Source: an uncultured Alphaproteobacteria bacterium (GTDB lineage: Bacteria > Pseudomonadota > Alphaproteobacteria > Rs-D84). From it: a stretch of DNA of 64,000 nt. Positions within the stretch are counted from its first letter, which is position 1. Each line of letters opens with the position of its first letter. The translations under genes were made by a program, and so were the position numbers. The DNA is taken from contig CALARG010000004.1 of assembly GCA_937888635.1 (NCBI GenBank), positions 7,193 to 71,192 of the forward strand, given 5' to 3'. Below the pieces are notes generated by a model that saw nothing but the letters and a program-made list of their open reading frames with translations, had not been told where the DNA came from and did not search any database. Below are positions 20,868 through 30,600 of the stretch, in pieces.

Positions 20868-21079
20868 TGGCACAAAAGAAAGAATTGTTTGATATCGGTT
20901 CAGATAATGATTTGCAGGTGGCGATGATGAATTTGCATATGGCAATGCAATGCGCAACGGAAAATGTCGGGGTTGTGCCATTGTTACAGGAAGTTCGTGC
21001 GGTGTTGGGACAGTATGCAAAGTGTTCTGATGCAGATATAGCAAAACAGTGCGATAAGTATTTTTATAAAAAAAGTTAA
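20868..21079 (+). CDS. Small hypothetical protein (about 70 aa)
   Basis: ORF 20855..21079, with the likely start at ATG 20868 (MAQKKELFDIG...); no homolog recognised. Confidence 0.3.
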
Positions 21080-21128
21080 AGGATTTTATAAAAAGATGTA
21101 ATTTGCTGTTGATTTAAAATGGCAAAAA

Positions 21129-23696
21129 ATGTTAAAATGCAAAAAAGAGAGAATTGACGTGAAACAAATATTAACACATTTTTGTAAGTTTTCTGCAGTT
21201 TTAGCGACAATTGGTGGCGTCGGCTTTGCACATGCTGATCAGGCGCCAAATCCGCGCAGTGCGACGGTGACAAATGTTGCGTCGGGGCGCAGCGAGGGAC
21301 GCGTTGTTAAACGCGGTGCGGGGACAAATGCAAATGTTGTGGCAAATACTTCGCGCAGTGCGGTGCGTCGTGATATATCGGTTGCGTCACGTGATGTTGC
21401 AATGGATAAAAAGAAAACTGCACGCAGCGCGACAGCTGCTCGTGTGCAACCAGGACGCAGTGCGACGGTGGCACGCAGTGGTGCGATTAATGCGGGTCGT
21501 GCCGCAATGCCGGGTGTTGGTGCGAATGCAGCGCGCAGTGCAGCCAGTGTAATTAGCGGTTTGGCACGTGCGGCGTCGCGTGCACGTGCAACGGCGGTGT
21601 TTTCAGATATTTCCAAGATTGGTGGTGGATATTCAGAATGTCGTGATGCATACGCAACATGTATGGATCAGTTTTGTGCAAATGCAAATGATACATATCG
21701 TCGCTGTTTCTGCAGTTCCAGATTTACAGAATTTCGTGATATGGAATGGGCCATGGATCAGGCCAAGGTTCTGTTGCAGAAATTTGAAGACAATAATTTA
21801 AATGCAGTTGACAAGACGGCAGCCGAAGTTAATGCAATGTACACTGCAACAGTTGGTGAAGCGGCGATTAAAAACGATACCAGTGGTGCGCAAAGCATTT
21901 TGAATGAAATTGGCGATTTGTTGTCTGGAAAAAAGAAAGCGACATCGTCAAATGCGGCAGCTTCTTCTTCATCTATGGGGATTATGTCATTGGACTTTTC
22001 AACCGATATCGGCGATGTTTGGGGCGAAGGTGGCGCAGATCCGTTTGACAGTGGTTCTATATTCAGCACAGGTGGCGGTGTGGATTTGACCACATTAGAA
22101 GGTCAGGCGTTGTACAATGAATCTAATAAGCAGTGCGTTCAGTTGATTAAGGAAAATTGTGAAAGCAATGCGGTTCTGAACATGGCGACCAGTGCGTACA
22201 ATATCATGATTTCCCAGGATTGTAATGCGTATGAAAAAAGTGTTAACAAAAAGCGTGAACAGGTTATGTCAACGGTTCGCCAGGCGGAAAAGATTCTGCG
22301 TGACGCCCGTCTGGAAGAATACCGTGCGCATAATTCGCGTGATGTAAACGAATGTATCGCCAAGGTCCAGGCCGCTTTGTTGGCGGATACAGCGTGCGGT
22401 CCGAATTATAAACGTTGTTTGGATTATAGTGGTGCGTATGTAAATCAGTCAACGGGTGAACCGATTTATTCCCAGCGTTTGTTTGAATTGACAAACATTA
22501 TTACCCTGGCCGGGGCTGGTGGTGATATGGATGTTTTGGGACAGAATCCAAAGTTTGACCAGTTCTTGGATTCCAAGAAGATGTATGCGGAATCAGCATT
22601 GGATTCATGTCGTGGTATTGCAGATAATGTTTGGACAGAATTTAAACGCATGGCGTTGATTGAAATCGCCCAGGCACAAGATGCCAAGATTGAAGAAGTC
22701 AAAATGTCGTGTGTTAATACAATGAAAGAATGTTATGATACACAGTCCAGTGCATTGAAAAGCTTTGATGATACAACCGCCAAAACATCGGGTGCGATGT
22801 CGGCATATGCAGCCAAGGCAATGTGCGAAGACAAGGTTATTGCGTGCGCATCATTGTATGGCGATACAACGGGATGTGAATTTGATGGCAATGGTCGTTT
22901 GACAGCGGGAACCAAAAAGGCAGATGGGACAGCATCAACACGTTGTGGTTTGACATCATTGTTGGCGTTTGTTGATACGGTTGACAATGTCCGTGTTGCC
23001 GAAGGTTGTGATGCCGCAATTGAAACCCAATTAAAGGAATGGTGCACCCCAACAGATGGCAGTGGCGAAGCATATCCATGGAATTGCCGTCAGTGGGGAC
23101 TGGATGAATTAAGTGTAAATGTGTACAAGTTTGCGGCAAATTCATGCGCAGATCCAACAAAGGCAAAACCACAGATTGCAAGCAATGCAACAGCGGCGGC
23201 GGCGCGTCAGGCCCTGACAGCGACGGGTGCGGTACCATTGGATACATTGAACAAGATTGACCAGGCAATTAATGAAATTAAATGGCAGATGGAATATGTA
23301 TTTATTGAAAAATGTGAAGAATTAGAGGGGTATTGGGTTGATGCGGAAATTGTTGCAGAAAACAAAGATTCAAACAGAGGCTTGTTGAATGCGCCGGATT
23401 TGATTGGATTCTATAATGCAATATATGGTACCGGCAGCAGCAGCACAACCAAAGGGGCCGCAACATGGGGCAAGTGTGTGCAAAACACAACCCGTGTATT
23501 GTGCGAGGCATATAATTCAAATATCGTATCTGATAAAGATGATGTAGGTGGCACCACAGAGACGAAGTTGTTGGCAAAGTATAATGCGGACAAGGATGAA
23601 TGTGAATTTAGTGCCGAATGGTATGAAAACCAGTGTAAGTTGCTGGGGAATGGGTATTATGAAAATGGCGTATGCTATGTTGCACCGGAGAATTAA
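21129..23696 (+). CDS. Secreted hypothetical protein with an N-terminal Arg/Ser/Ala-rich low-complexity region and a Cys-rich C-terminal part (855 aa)
   Basis: Signal-peptide-like FSAVLATIGGVGFAHA; an alternative in-frame GTG start lies at 21159. Degenerate ARSATVARSGA repeats and many Cys residues are present; no known domain recognised. Confidence 0.55.
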   Translation: MLKCKKERIDVKQILTHFCKFSAVLATIGGVGFAHADQAPNPRSATVTNVASGRSEGRVVKRGAGTNANVVANTSRSAVRRDISVASRDVAMDKKKTARSATAARVQPGRSATVARSGAINAGRAAMPGVGANAARSAASVISGLARAASRARATAVFSDISKIGGGYSECRDAYATCMDQFCANANDTYRRCFCSSRFTEFRDMEWAMDQAKVLLQKFEDNNLNAVDKTAAEVNAMYTATVGEAAIKNDTSGAQSILNEIGDLLSGKKKATSSNAAASSSSMGIMSLDFSTDIGDVWGEGGADPFDSGSIFSTGGGVDLTTLEGQALYNESNKQCVQLIKENCESNAVLNMATSAYNIMISQDCNAYEKSVNKKREQVMSTVRQAEKILRDARLEEYRAHNSRDVNECIAKVQAALLADTACGPNYKRCLDYSGAYVNQSTGEPIYSQRLFELTNIITLAGAGGDMDVLGQNPKFDQFLDSKKMYAESALDSCRGIADNVWTEFKRMALIEIAQAQDAKIEEVKMSCVNTMKECYDTQSSALKSFDDTTAKTSGAMSAYAAKAMCEDKVIACASLYGDTTGCEFDGNGRLTAGTKKADGTASTRCGLTSLLAFVDTVDNVRVAEGCDAAIETQLKEWCTPTDGSGEAYPWNCRQWGLDELSVNVYKFAANSCADPTKAKPQIASNATAAAARQALTATGAVPLDTLNKIDQAINEIKWQMEYVFIEKCEELEGYWVDAEIVAENKDSNRGLLNAPDLIGFYNAIYGTGSSSTTKGAATWGKCVQNTTRVLCEAYNSNIVSDKDDVGGTTETKLLAKYNADKDECEFSAEWYENQCKLLGNGYYENGVCYVAPEN

Positions 23697-23700
23697 GAGC

Positions 23701-24942
23701 ATGAAACGAATTGGACAATTTTTTGTTGTGGGATTGTTGTGTGTTGCGACACAGACGTCTGCGTATGCGATAAGTGTTGTTTCAGATGCCCTGTCGGCTA
23801 AGTGGGGATATACCAAGGCAACAAGCATAACCAGTGCGGGCGGTCGTGGTGAATTTATTATTGATGGTTATTTGTCTTTGGGCAGTAGAGGGTCACATGG
23901 CGACGAAGGTGCAATTGTTGGGGTTATCGCACAACAAATTGTTGAGCATGGTGGTTGGTTTTGTCCGTATCATATACAATGTGGAAACGGGAAAAGAAAT
24001 CAGTTGTCCTGGTTATTATACTATCGTCCATATGGGTATGCGGATTCAAAGTGCGCATGGTTGTGTGAAAAAGGCTATTCTGGTCCGAATTGTGAAAAGC
24101 AGTATACAGAAGATGGCAGCAAAAAGAATGTAAATGTTATTTCAAATATGCGTTCCGGTATTGCGCGTTGGCAAGAAGGTGGCAACCGAAGTGACCTTTC
24201 CGGCCAGGTTCAGGGTTTTTATTCATGGGAATATCATTTTAAACCGACTGCAAAGAACGATCGTGGGGAACACAATGTTTTGCTGGGGGTTGTTGATTTC
24301 TTGAAAAATGGTGTAAAGGTGGCGCCGGTTCAGGTTGGTTGTCAGTGGAACAATTGGAGATATATTGATTCTTGGGTTCAGCGTGCAGATGCTATGACGA
24401 CAAAGTACACACTGTTATGTAAACAGGGTTTTCAACCAAATGCAACAAATACGGATTGTGAATATGCAACGGCGGATATGTTGGAAGACATTAATCCGAT
24501 ATTCTGTGGTAATTTCCCAGAAGAATATTATAAACCAGAACTGCATCGTTTGAAAAAGAATGAGGAGGCAGGTTGTTATATTTATTTGTGCAAAGATCCA
24601 ACCAAAGCATTTACCGCCCTAGGGAAGGTGGATGTTTGTGAAGATTGTGCGACAAGTATTCGTGGTGGCCCCAGTTTGGTTGATGGAACATGCGTTGTTT
24701 GTAATCGGCCTGGTCAATATTTTGATGCAAACAGTAGCACATGTAAGAGCGCCCAGGGATATTCCAGTCAGGATTTGCAATATGGTAAAGGTCAAGGTAA
24801 GGGGTCATACAAGAATGATATCTATGGACAGTGTTGGACCAAAACTTCACCCGCGGATTATAGGATTTGTGTAAAGTCGGGCGGTAAGTTGACTGTTGAA
24901 GATTTGGAAGAGGCACAAGAAGGTTTTAGCAATATTAAGTAA
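23701..24942 (+). CDS. Secreted Cys-rich hypothetical protein (413 aa)
   Basis: The ORF track begins at 23548, but the sensible start is ATG 23701 right after the upstream stop, giving MKRIGQFFVVGLLCVATQTSAYA (signal peptide). Many conserved-looking Cys pairs; no homolog recognised. A terminator follows. Confidence 0.55.
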   Translation: MKRIGQFFVVGLLCVATQTSAYAISVVSDALSAKWGYTKATSITSAGGRGEFIIDGYLSLGSRGSHGDEGAIVGVIAQQIVEHGGWFCPYHIQCGNGKRNQLSWLLYYRPYGYADSKCAWLCEKGYSGPNCEKQYTEDGSKKNVNVISNMRSGIARWQEGGNRSDLSGQVQGFYSWEYHFKPTAKNDRGEHNVLLGVVDFLKNGVKVAPVQVGCQWNNWRYIDSWVQRADAMTTKYTLLCKQGFQPNATNTDCEYATADMLEDINPIFCGNFPEEYYKPELHRLKKNEEAGCYIYLCKDPTKAFTALGKVDVCEDCATSIRGGPSLVDGTCVVCNRPGQYFDANSSTCKSAQGYSSQDLQYGKGQGKGSYKNDIYGQCWTKTSPADYRICVKSGGKLTVEDLEEAQEGFSNIK

Positions 24943-24950
24943 TTAAAATT

Positions 24951-24977
24951 CCGCCCATGTGGCGGTTTTTTTTTTTA
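24951..24977 (+). terminator. Rho-independent terminator
   Basis: ccgcccatgtggcgg hairpin plus an 11-T run. Confidence 0.75.
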
Positions 24978-24980
24978 GTG

Positions 24981-25330
24981 ATAAGTTGCTAGTGTAAGTG
25001 GTTAGTGGTGGTCCCTGCGGGGCAATGGATACCGGCCTGCGCCGGTATGACGAAGAGGAAAAATGACCTGGGGCCTGCGGCCCGACCGCGGGATGACAGA
25101 AATGTTTAATTTTTTGCGGATACTAACAACTATTAACAACTAATATAAACTTTTATTTATCACAGTAAAAATAAGTCCGTCATACCGGCGCAGGCCGGTA
25201 TCCATTGTAATCATAAAACACAGTGGACCCCGACCTTCGCACGCGTGACGATTTTTTCCCGACACTAATCACTTACAACTTACACTAACAACTAACATAA
25301 ACTTTTATTTATCTGTAAAAATTGAAATAA
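24981..25330. repeat. Composite intergenic palindromic repeat locus (modules A/B/C/D), including an inverted duplication of module B
   Basis: Module A is a GT-rich tagtgtaagtggttagtggtgg run. Module B is gtccctgcggggcaatggataccggcctgcgccggtatgacg at 25018-25062 (the 8-bp-stem hairpin ataccggc-ctgc-gccggtat is at 25039-25058), and its reverse complement appears at 25186-25216. A reverse-orientation module A/D lies at 25260-25320. The same modules recur at 27410-27545 and 36716-37060. Confidence 0.8.
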
Positions 25331-25372
25331 AAAAAACCGCCGGGGCGGTTTGTCAGAATGTGGAAATGTGCC

Positions 25373-25792
25373 CTATTCCTGGCCGTTTAGGGCGCGCAAC
25401 ATTTTCATTACCATTTCGCGTTGTTCATCGTTTGGTAATTTCCAATACAGATTTATTAATTGTAATGATTCATTTTTACCCAATGGGTCGGCCGGCCGAT
25501 TGTCGCGCAGATATGTTTTTGGTAAATGACCGTTGCGGGGTTCGCGTTCAATATGCCCCGGCAGGCCCGCAAAGAAAAATGAAACCGGGGTTTCCAGTGC
25601 GGCACTTAGTTCAAACAGGCGCGATGCAGATATGCGATTGCCCGCGGATTCGTATTTTTGAATCTGTTGGAATGTGACCCCACAGATTTTTGCCAAATCT
25701 TTTTGAGACATGCCCATCATAATACGGCGCAGTTGCATACGCTGGCCAATGTGTTCGTCAATTGAATTTGGTTTAAATGGTTTGCCACTCAT
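25373..25792 (-). CDS. XRE-family helix-turn-helix transcriptional regulator (139 aa)
   Basis: HTH motif IGQRMQLRRIMMGMSQKDLAKICGVTFQQIQKYESAGNRISASRLFELSAAL. A terminator hairpin ccgccggggcgg lies downstream on the minus strand. Confidence 0.8.
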   Translation of the reverse strand: MSGKPFKPNSIDEHIGQRMQLRRIMMGMSQKDLAKICGVTFQQIQKYESAGNRISASRLFELSAALETPVSFFFAGLPGHIEREPRNGHLPKTYLRDNRPADPLGKNESLQLINLYWKLPNDEQREMVMKMLRALNGQE

Positions 25793-25907
25793 TTCCTAGT
25801 CTCCATATTGATTTCCTATAGGAATATTTTATACAATTTTTCTTTTGCTTTTGCAATTAAAAAACGGTTATGATATCTTGAATTTTAATCTAATTAAGGG
25901 GAAAAAT

Positions 25908-27380
25908 ATGAACAAACCGTTGGTTTTATGTATTATGGATGGCGTTGGTATAGATGGCGCATCAGAATATAATGCCGTTACACGGGCAAAAATGCCTTTC
26001 TTTAACGAATTGTTGGCAAAATATCCACATTCGCGACTGAATGCCAGTGGGGTGGCGGTTGGCCTGCCGGATGGAACAATGGGAAATTCTGAGGTTGGTC
26101 ATATCACCATGGGTGCAGGACGGGTTGTAAACCAGTTCTTGCGCAGGTTTCAAATTGAAGACTGGGCAAAAAATGTCCCGTTGAATGAATTTATTTCGTC
26201 TGTAAAAAATGACGGCGGTATTGTGCATGTCGCAGGATTAATGAGTGACGGTCGTGTTCATTCCGATATTGGGGACATTTTGATAATTGTGGAACGAATT
26301 GTTGATGCTGGGTTGCGTGTGTGTATTCACTTTATCGCAGATGGGCGTGATACCCTGCCCCAGTCTGCGCCAGAATATATTGCGATGATAAAAAATCGCA
26401 TGGCGGCGGCAATTGATGATGGGCGTGTGTTCTTTGGGACTTTGTCGGGGCGTTATTATGCAATGGACAGAAATCAAAATATGGACCGGACACAGTTGGC
26501 AATTGATGCAATTGCAAATGCAAAATCTGAATTCTGTGCGTCAACAATTGATGCGGCGTTGGCCGATGCATATGCCCGCGGTCAAACAGACGAATTTATC
26601 GTGCCAACTGTCATTGATGGCGATGTGCCGATTCGTTCTTGTGATGGGGTGCTGTTTGGGAACTATCGCAGTGACCGTGCACGCCAAATTATGCGCGAAT
26701 TGTTAAAGACAGGTGCGCATGTGTTGTGCTTTTCACAATATGGCGAAGGATTGAATGAATTATGCCCTGCACTGTTGCCAGATGAAAGTATAGAAAATAC
26801 ACTGGGGGATGTGTTGGCGAATAATGGTTTGTCGCAACTGCGCATTGCCGAGACGGAAAAGTATAATCATGTGACATATTTCTTTGATGCGGAACGCAAT
26901 GTTGACTTTGATAATGAAAAGAAAATCTTAATCCCGTCGCCCGATGTTGCGACATTTGATATGAAACCAGAAATGTCTGCGATTGAAATTACAGATGCCT
27001 TAATCCCAGAATTGGGAAATTGGGATGTTGTAATATTAAATTGGGCAAATGGTGATATGGTTGGACATACGGGTAATGTTGATGCAACGATTCGTGCAAT
27101 GGAAACACTGGATGCGCAATTGGCGCGACTGGTGCCGGCGGTGCTGGCGCGGGGTGGTGCGTTGCTGATAACGGCAGATCATGGAAACGCAGAAAAACTG
27201 TGGGATGCGGATAATAATCTGCCGTGGACGGCGCATACGACCAATCCGGTAAACTTGATTGTTGTTTCTGATGATATTCGGGCGGTGCGTGATGGCGGGC
27301 TGGCCGATATTGCGCCAACAATGCTGAAAATGCTGGGGGTGGAAATCCCACCAGAAATGACAGGTGTGTCATTAGTATAA
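25908..27380 (+). CDS. gpmI: 2,3-bisphosphoglycerate-independent phosphoglycerate mutase
   Basis: Start set to ATG 25908 (GGGGAAAAAT ATG; MNKPLVLCIMDGVGI). Motifs MGNSEVGHITMGAGRV and TADHGNAE are present; 490 aa. Confidence 0.93.
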   Translation: MNKPLVLCIMDGVGIDGASEYNAVTRAKMPFFNELLAKYPHSRLNASGVAVGLPDGTMGNSEVGHITMGAGRVVNQFLRRFQIEDWAKNVPLNEFISSVKNDGGIVHVAGLMSDGRVHSDIGDILIIVERIVDAGLRVCIHFIADGRDTLPQSAPEYIAMIKNRMAAAIDDGRVFFGTLSGRYYAMDRNQNMDRTQLAIDAIANAKSEFCASTIDAALADAYARGQTDEFIVPTVIDGDVPIRSCDGVLFGNYRSDRARQIMRELLKTGAHVLCFSQYGEGLNELCPALLPDESIENTLGDVLANNGLSQLRIAETEKYNHVTYFFDAERNVDFDNEKKILIPSPDVATFDMKPEMSAIEITDALIPELGNWDVVILNWANGDMVGHTGNVDATIRAMETLDAQLARLVPAVLARGGALLITADHGNAEKLWDADNNLPWTAHTTNPVNLIVVSDDIRAVRDGGLADIAPTMLKMLGVEIPPEMTGVSLV

Positions 27381-27387
27381 AAAAAAA

Positions 27388-27411
27388 GTCCCCGTAAAGG
27401 GGATTTTTTAG
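27388..27411 (+). terminator. Rho-independent terminator after gpmI
   Basis: tccccgtaaaggggat hairpin plus a T-run. Confidence 0.7.
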
Positions 27412-27545
27412 TTGTAAGTTGTTAGTGTAAGTGATTAGTGTCGGTTTTTATTTTCTTAGCCCCTGTTCCCGCGATGGCCGGAATGACAAATATGATGAAT
27501 CGTTTACTGCGATAAACTTTTATTTGTTTAAGAAAACGGAAATTT
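27410..27545. repeat. Intergenic palindromic repeat locus (modules A, C, D)
   Basis: tagttgtaagttgttagtgtaagtgattagtgtcgg (module A), ccctgttcccgcgatggccggaatgacaaa (module C) and gataaacttttatttg (module D), matching the copies at 24981-25330 and 36716-37060. Confidence 0.75.
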
Positions 27546-27660
27546 ATCGGCGAAAAAATACTGTCAAAAAAATTATTGCTGTGTTGGGGGAATTTTTTAC
27601 TTGTGCAAAATTGCTGGTTTTTCTATGATAAAGACAAAAGAGAAAAAGAAAGTGGGAAGA

Positions 27661-30600
27661 ATGTCTAGATTTCTGCGGTTTTACGCATTTTTATCTGTTT
27701 TGTTTTTTACCGGTAATTTGATGGCGGCGGGGTATACCTGCAGCACAACGGCGAGATATACTTCGTGTAAAGAAGGCTATTATATGTCCGATTGTGGCAG
27801 TACAGCCGCGAATTGGACTGGGCAGACAGTGGACGCAACCAATGGTAACACTTGTATTGCGTGCCCTGACGGATATGCGTGTGAAGGTGACAATGTGTGT
27901 CCTGTGCGGAATGGTATTAACTGTGCCGCGGGGACATATATCAAGGCGAATACAACAACATGTACCGCATGTCCGGCTGGGAATTATTGCCCAGGCATAA
28001 CCACAGATTCTGTGACCAGTACTTCATCAGATCGTGGTATAACACAATGTCCGGCGGGTTCCTATTGTCCCGCGGGCAGTAGCAATCCAAAGTCATGTCC
28101 AACAAATTATGGAAACAGTGCAGCCGGTTCAGATGCGGCATCAGATTGCTATGCCACTTGTGGGGTTGGTGCAGTGGTGACTGCGCCAATGACACCGTGC
28201 GTTACACCAGCGGGGGCATGGTATTCCCCATCGGCACATAATGTTTACTATGGCAAAATTTCACCAATTGGGTATTGTCAGTATGGGTCAGATTCCCGCA
28301 ATGGGGTAACCAGTTTGCATGATCAGGGGGCCGACTGTTTGGTGACAGTGCCGGCGGGGTACAGTTCCGCGGTCACAACCAGCACTGCACGTTATATCCG
28401 AATCAGTTCTGAAACAGGCGTATTCCCGTTGGCAGAGGTTCAGGCATATAATAATTCTTTGGGCCAGCTGAGTTTGGCATTGGGCAGCAGTGTGACAAAT
28501 GGTGTGAATGCATTGGATGGTTCTTTGGCGACACAGGCGGGCGTAACCACAGAATCGGCTGTTGGGGCGTATGCGATATTTGATTTGGGCAGTGCCAAGA
28601 CGATTACGAATATTAAGTTTGCATTGGGTAATGTGACCAGTGGATATAATATTGTAATTGCAATATCGTCTGATAAATCAAACTGGACAACTGTATTTAA
28701 TCAGACCGTTTTTGGTGTTTCGGTATTGCCGGGCGTGTTGCAAAATGTACCGCTTAACACCCGGACAAATACCAAGTGTACAGCCGGCACATATCATGGT
28801 TCAACGACGGTTGCTGCAACAAATGGTGTGACCTGTTCGGAGTGTCCGGCAGCGGTATGTAATGGAGAAACAAATTGTGCCAGTGGTTTTTCAACCCACA
28901 GAAATACATATCCTGCTAATTACCATTCTGATGATAATTTGAAATTGGTTAAGGCATGGTTCGCAACATCGTCAAATACAGGAAATACATCCATAGAGGA
29001 ATGTAAGCTGTCTTATACGTATACCAACAATCGTGGTACATTTAATCAGGATTCAGTTCGGTATCAATCCAGTACGGGACGCTATGATGGTGTGGGTGGT
29101 TCTGTTTACTATACTGTTTTGAATCCTGGTTATTATGGTTCTGGCAAAATGCCAGATGGGTACTGTGATACTGATACAAATACTCGTCGGCATTATTATC
29201 AGGATGCAGTATTATGTCCTGCGGGGAAATACTGTTCAGGATATACACAGATGCCATTGTGTTCTTCTGGAACTTATAATGATACAATGGGAATTGATGG
29301 TTTGTTATCTGGGGGATACTTTTCAACTGGTGGTGCGACAAAAGCTGCACCGACATCGGCAGATTGCGTTGGGGTTGTTGGAGCCGATATCTGGAGTTCA
29401 TCTGTTTCCCCGGTAAAAAATGTCTGTGGTCAACTCTTGCCTGGATATTATTCCATAGAGGGTGCTATCTTGCCTGCGCCGGGTGAATTGGGTGCAAAAA
29501 ATACCGCGGCATTGGGCTTTAGTATTGATTATTTGAATCAGGGGCTGGATTCTGTTCGGGCGGGATGCCTTGGAAGTGACAAATGCGGTATGGTTGCTGC
29601 GGGGTATTTTTCATCGGGCGCTGCAACTTATCCAAGGCCATCGTCTACAGGTTGTGTGAGTGGGACATGTGGCATTTGTCCGGCAGGTGCATATTCTGCC
29701 GCAGGCGCGACCAGTTGTACAGCATGCCCTGCCCTGGGTGGATCAAATTGGACCTGGAATATGTCACAGGGTGCCGGATCATTGTCTGCCTGTAAGCGTA
29801 AGGGTGTGCCCGATGGGTGCAGCGCCGGTACGGTGACGGATACTGCAACATCGGCAACAACATGGGGAAATCGTGTGCTGAACGAATGGGCGGCGCCTGG
29901 GAATACGCAAATCTTTGCACAACGGGGATATCAGATAGATGTGACCAATCTAAAATGTACAATATGCCCAAATGGACATTATAGTGGGGGATATACGAGC
30001 AGTTGCGCCCCAGTTAATGCTGGATATTATGCAACAGGCGCTGCAACTTCACCAGCCCCTTCGTCATCAGAAGATTGTGTGACTGGAACATGTGGCAAAG
30101 TTCAAAAGAATTGTTATGGCGCATCAGGGGCGACATCAGCATGCCCAAACAAATGTTCTGATTTGGCATATGGTACATACCCACAGTCGGATGAGGGCGC
30201 GGATTCACCGAATAAATGTTTCACATCGGGCAGCGCGATGGGCGGTGGATATATTGCAACAGCCGGTGGCCCACGCCGTGATTGTCCGTTGGGAACATAT
30301 AAGGAATATCATACTGTGTATTATGGTCAAACATCTCGGTGTACAGTCTGTCCAAGTGGGACCACCACAGCGACACAAGGCGCTCATAATACATCCAGCG
30401 CGTCATGCAGTGCTGAATGTACAAATGCTGATGGTGTGTATGAATGGCAAATGCCAGAATTGTCTTCGGATGGAGGAACAGTGTTAAAATTGTGTCAGGC
30501 GGCCAGTTGCAAGGCAGGAAACGCTTTGGGAACAACAAGCCAATGTAACGAATGTCCGGCGGGACATTATCAACCCGTTGATGGTTATTCCGACAGCATA

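Noticed and set aside
21239-21616. Minus-strand Ala/Arg-rich ORF (125 aa) overlapping the low-complexity arm of the 855-aa secreted protein
   Set aside because: It is the antisense translation of GC-rich cgcagtgcg-type repeats. The plus-strand ORF is continuous for 855 aa and has a signal peptide.
23548-23700. Upstream extension of ORF 23548..24942 overlapping the preceding gene
   Set aside because: The extension overlaps the 3' end of the 855-aa gene in another frame. The ATG at 23701 lies immediately after that gene's stop and gives a clean signal peptide.
25360-25677. Plus-strand 105-aa ORF overlapping the XRE regulator gene
   Set aside because: The minus-strand ORF has a textbook HTH motif and a terminator; the plus-strand ORF has no features.
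27601-27660. Upstream ATG at 27601 as the start of giant gene 2 (MCKIAGFSMIKTKEKKKVGR leader)
   Set aside because: The downstream ATG at 27661 has a better RBS (AAGTGGGAAGA) and begins directly with a canonical signal peptide. The upstream extension is highly charged and would bury the signal peptide.
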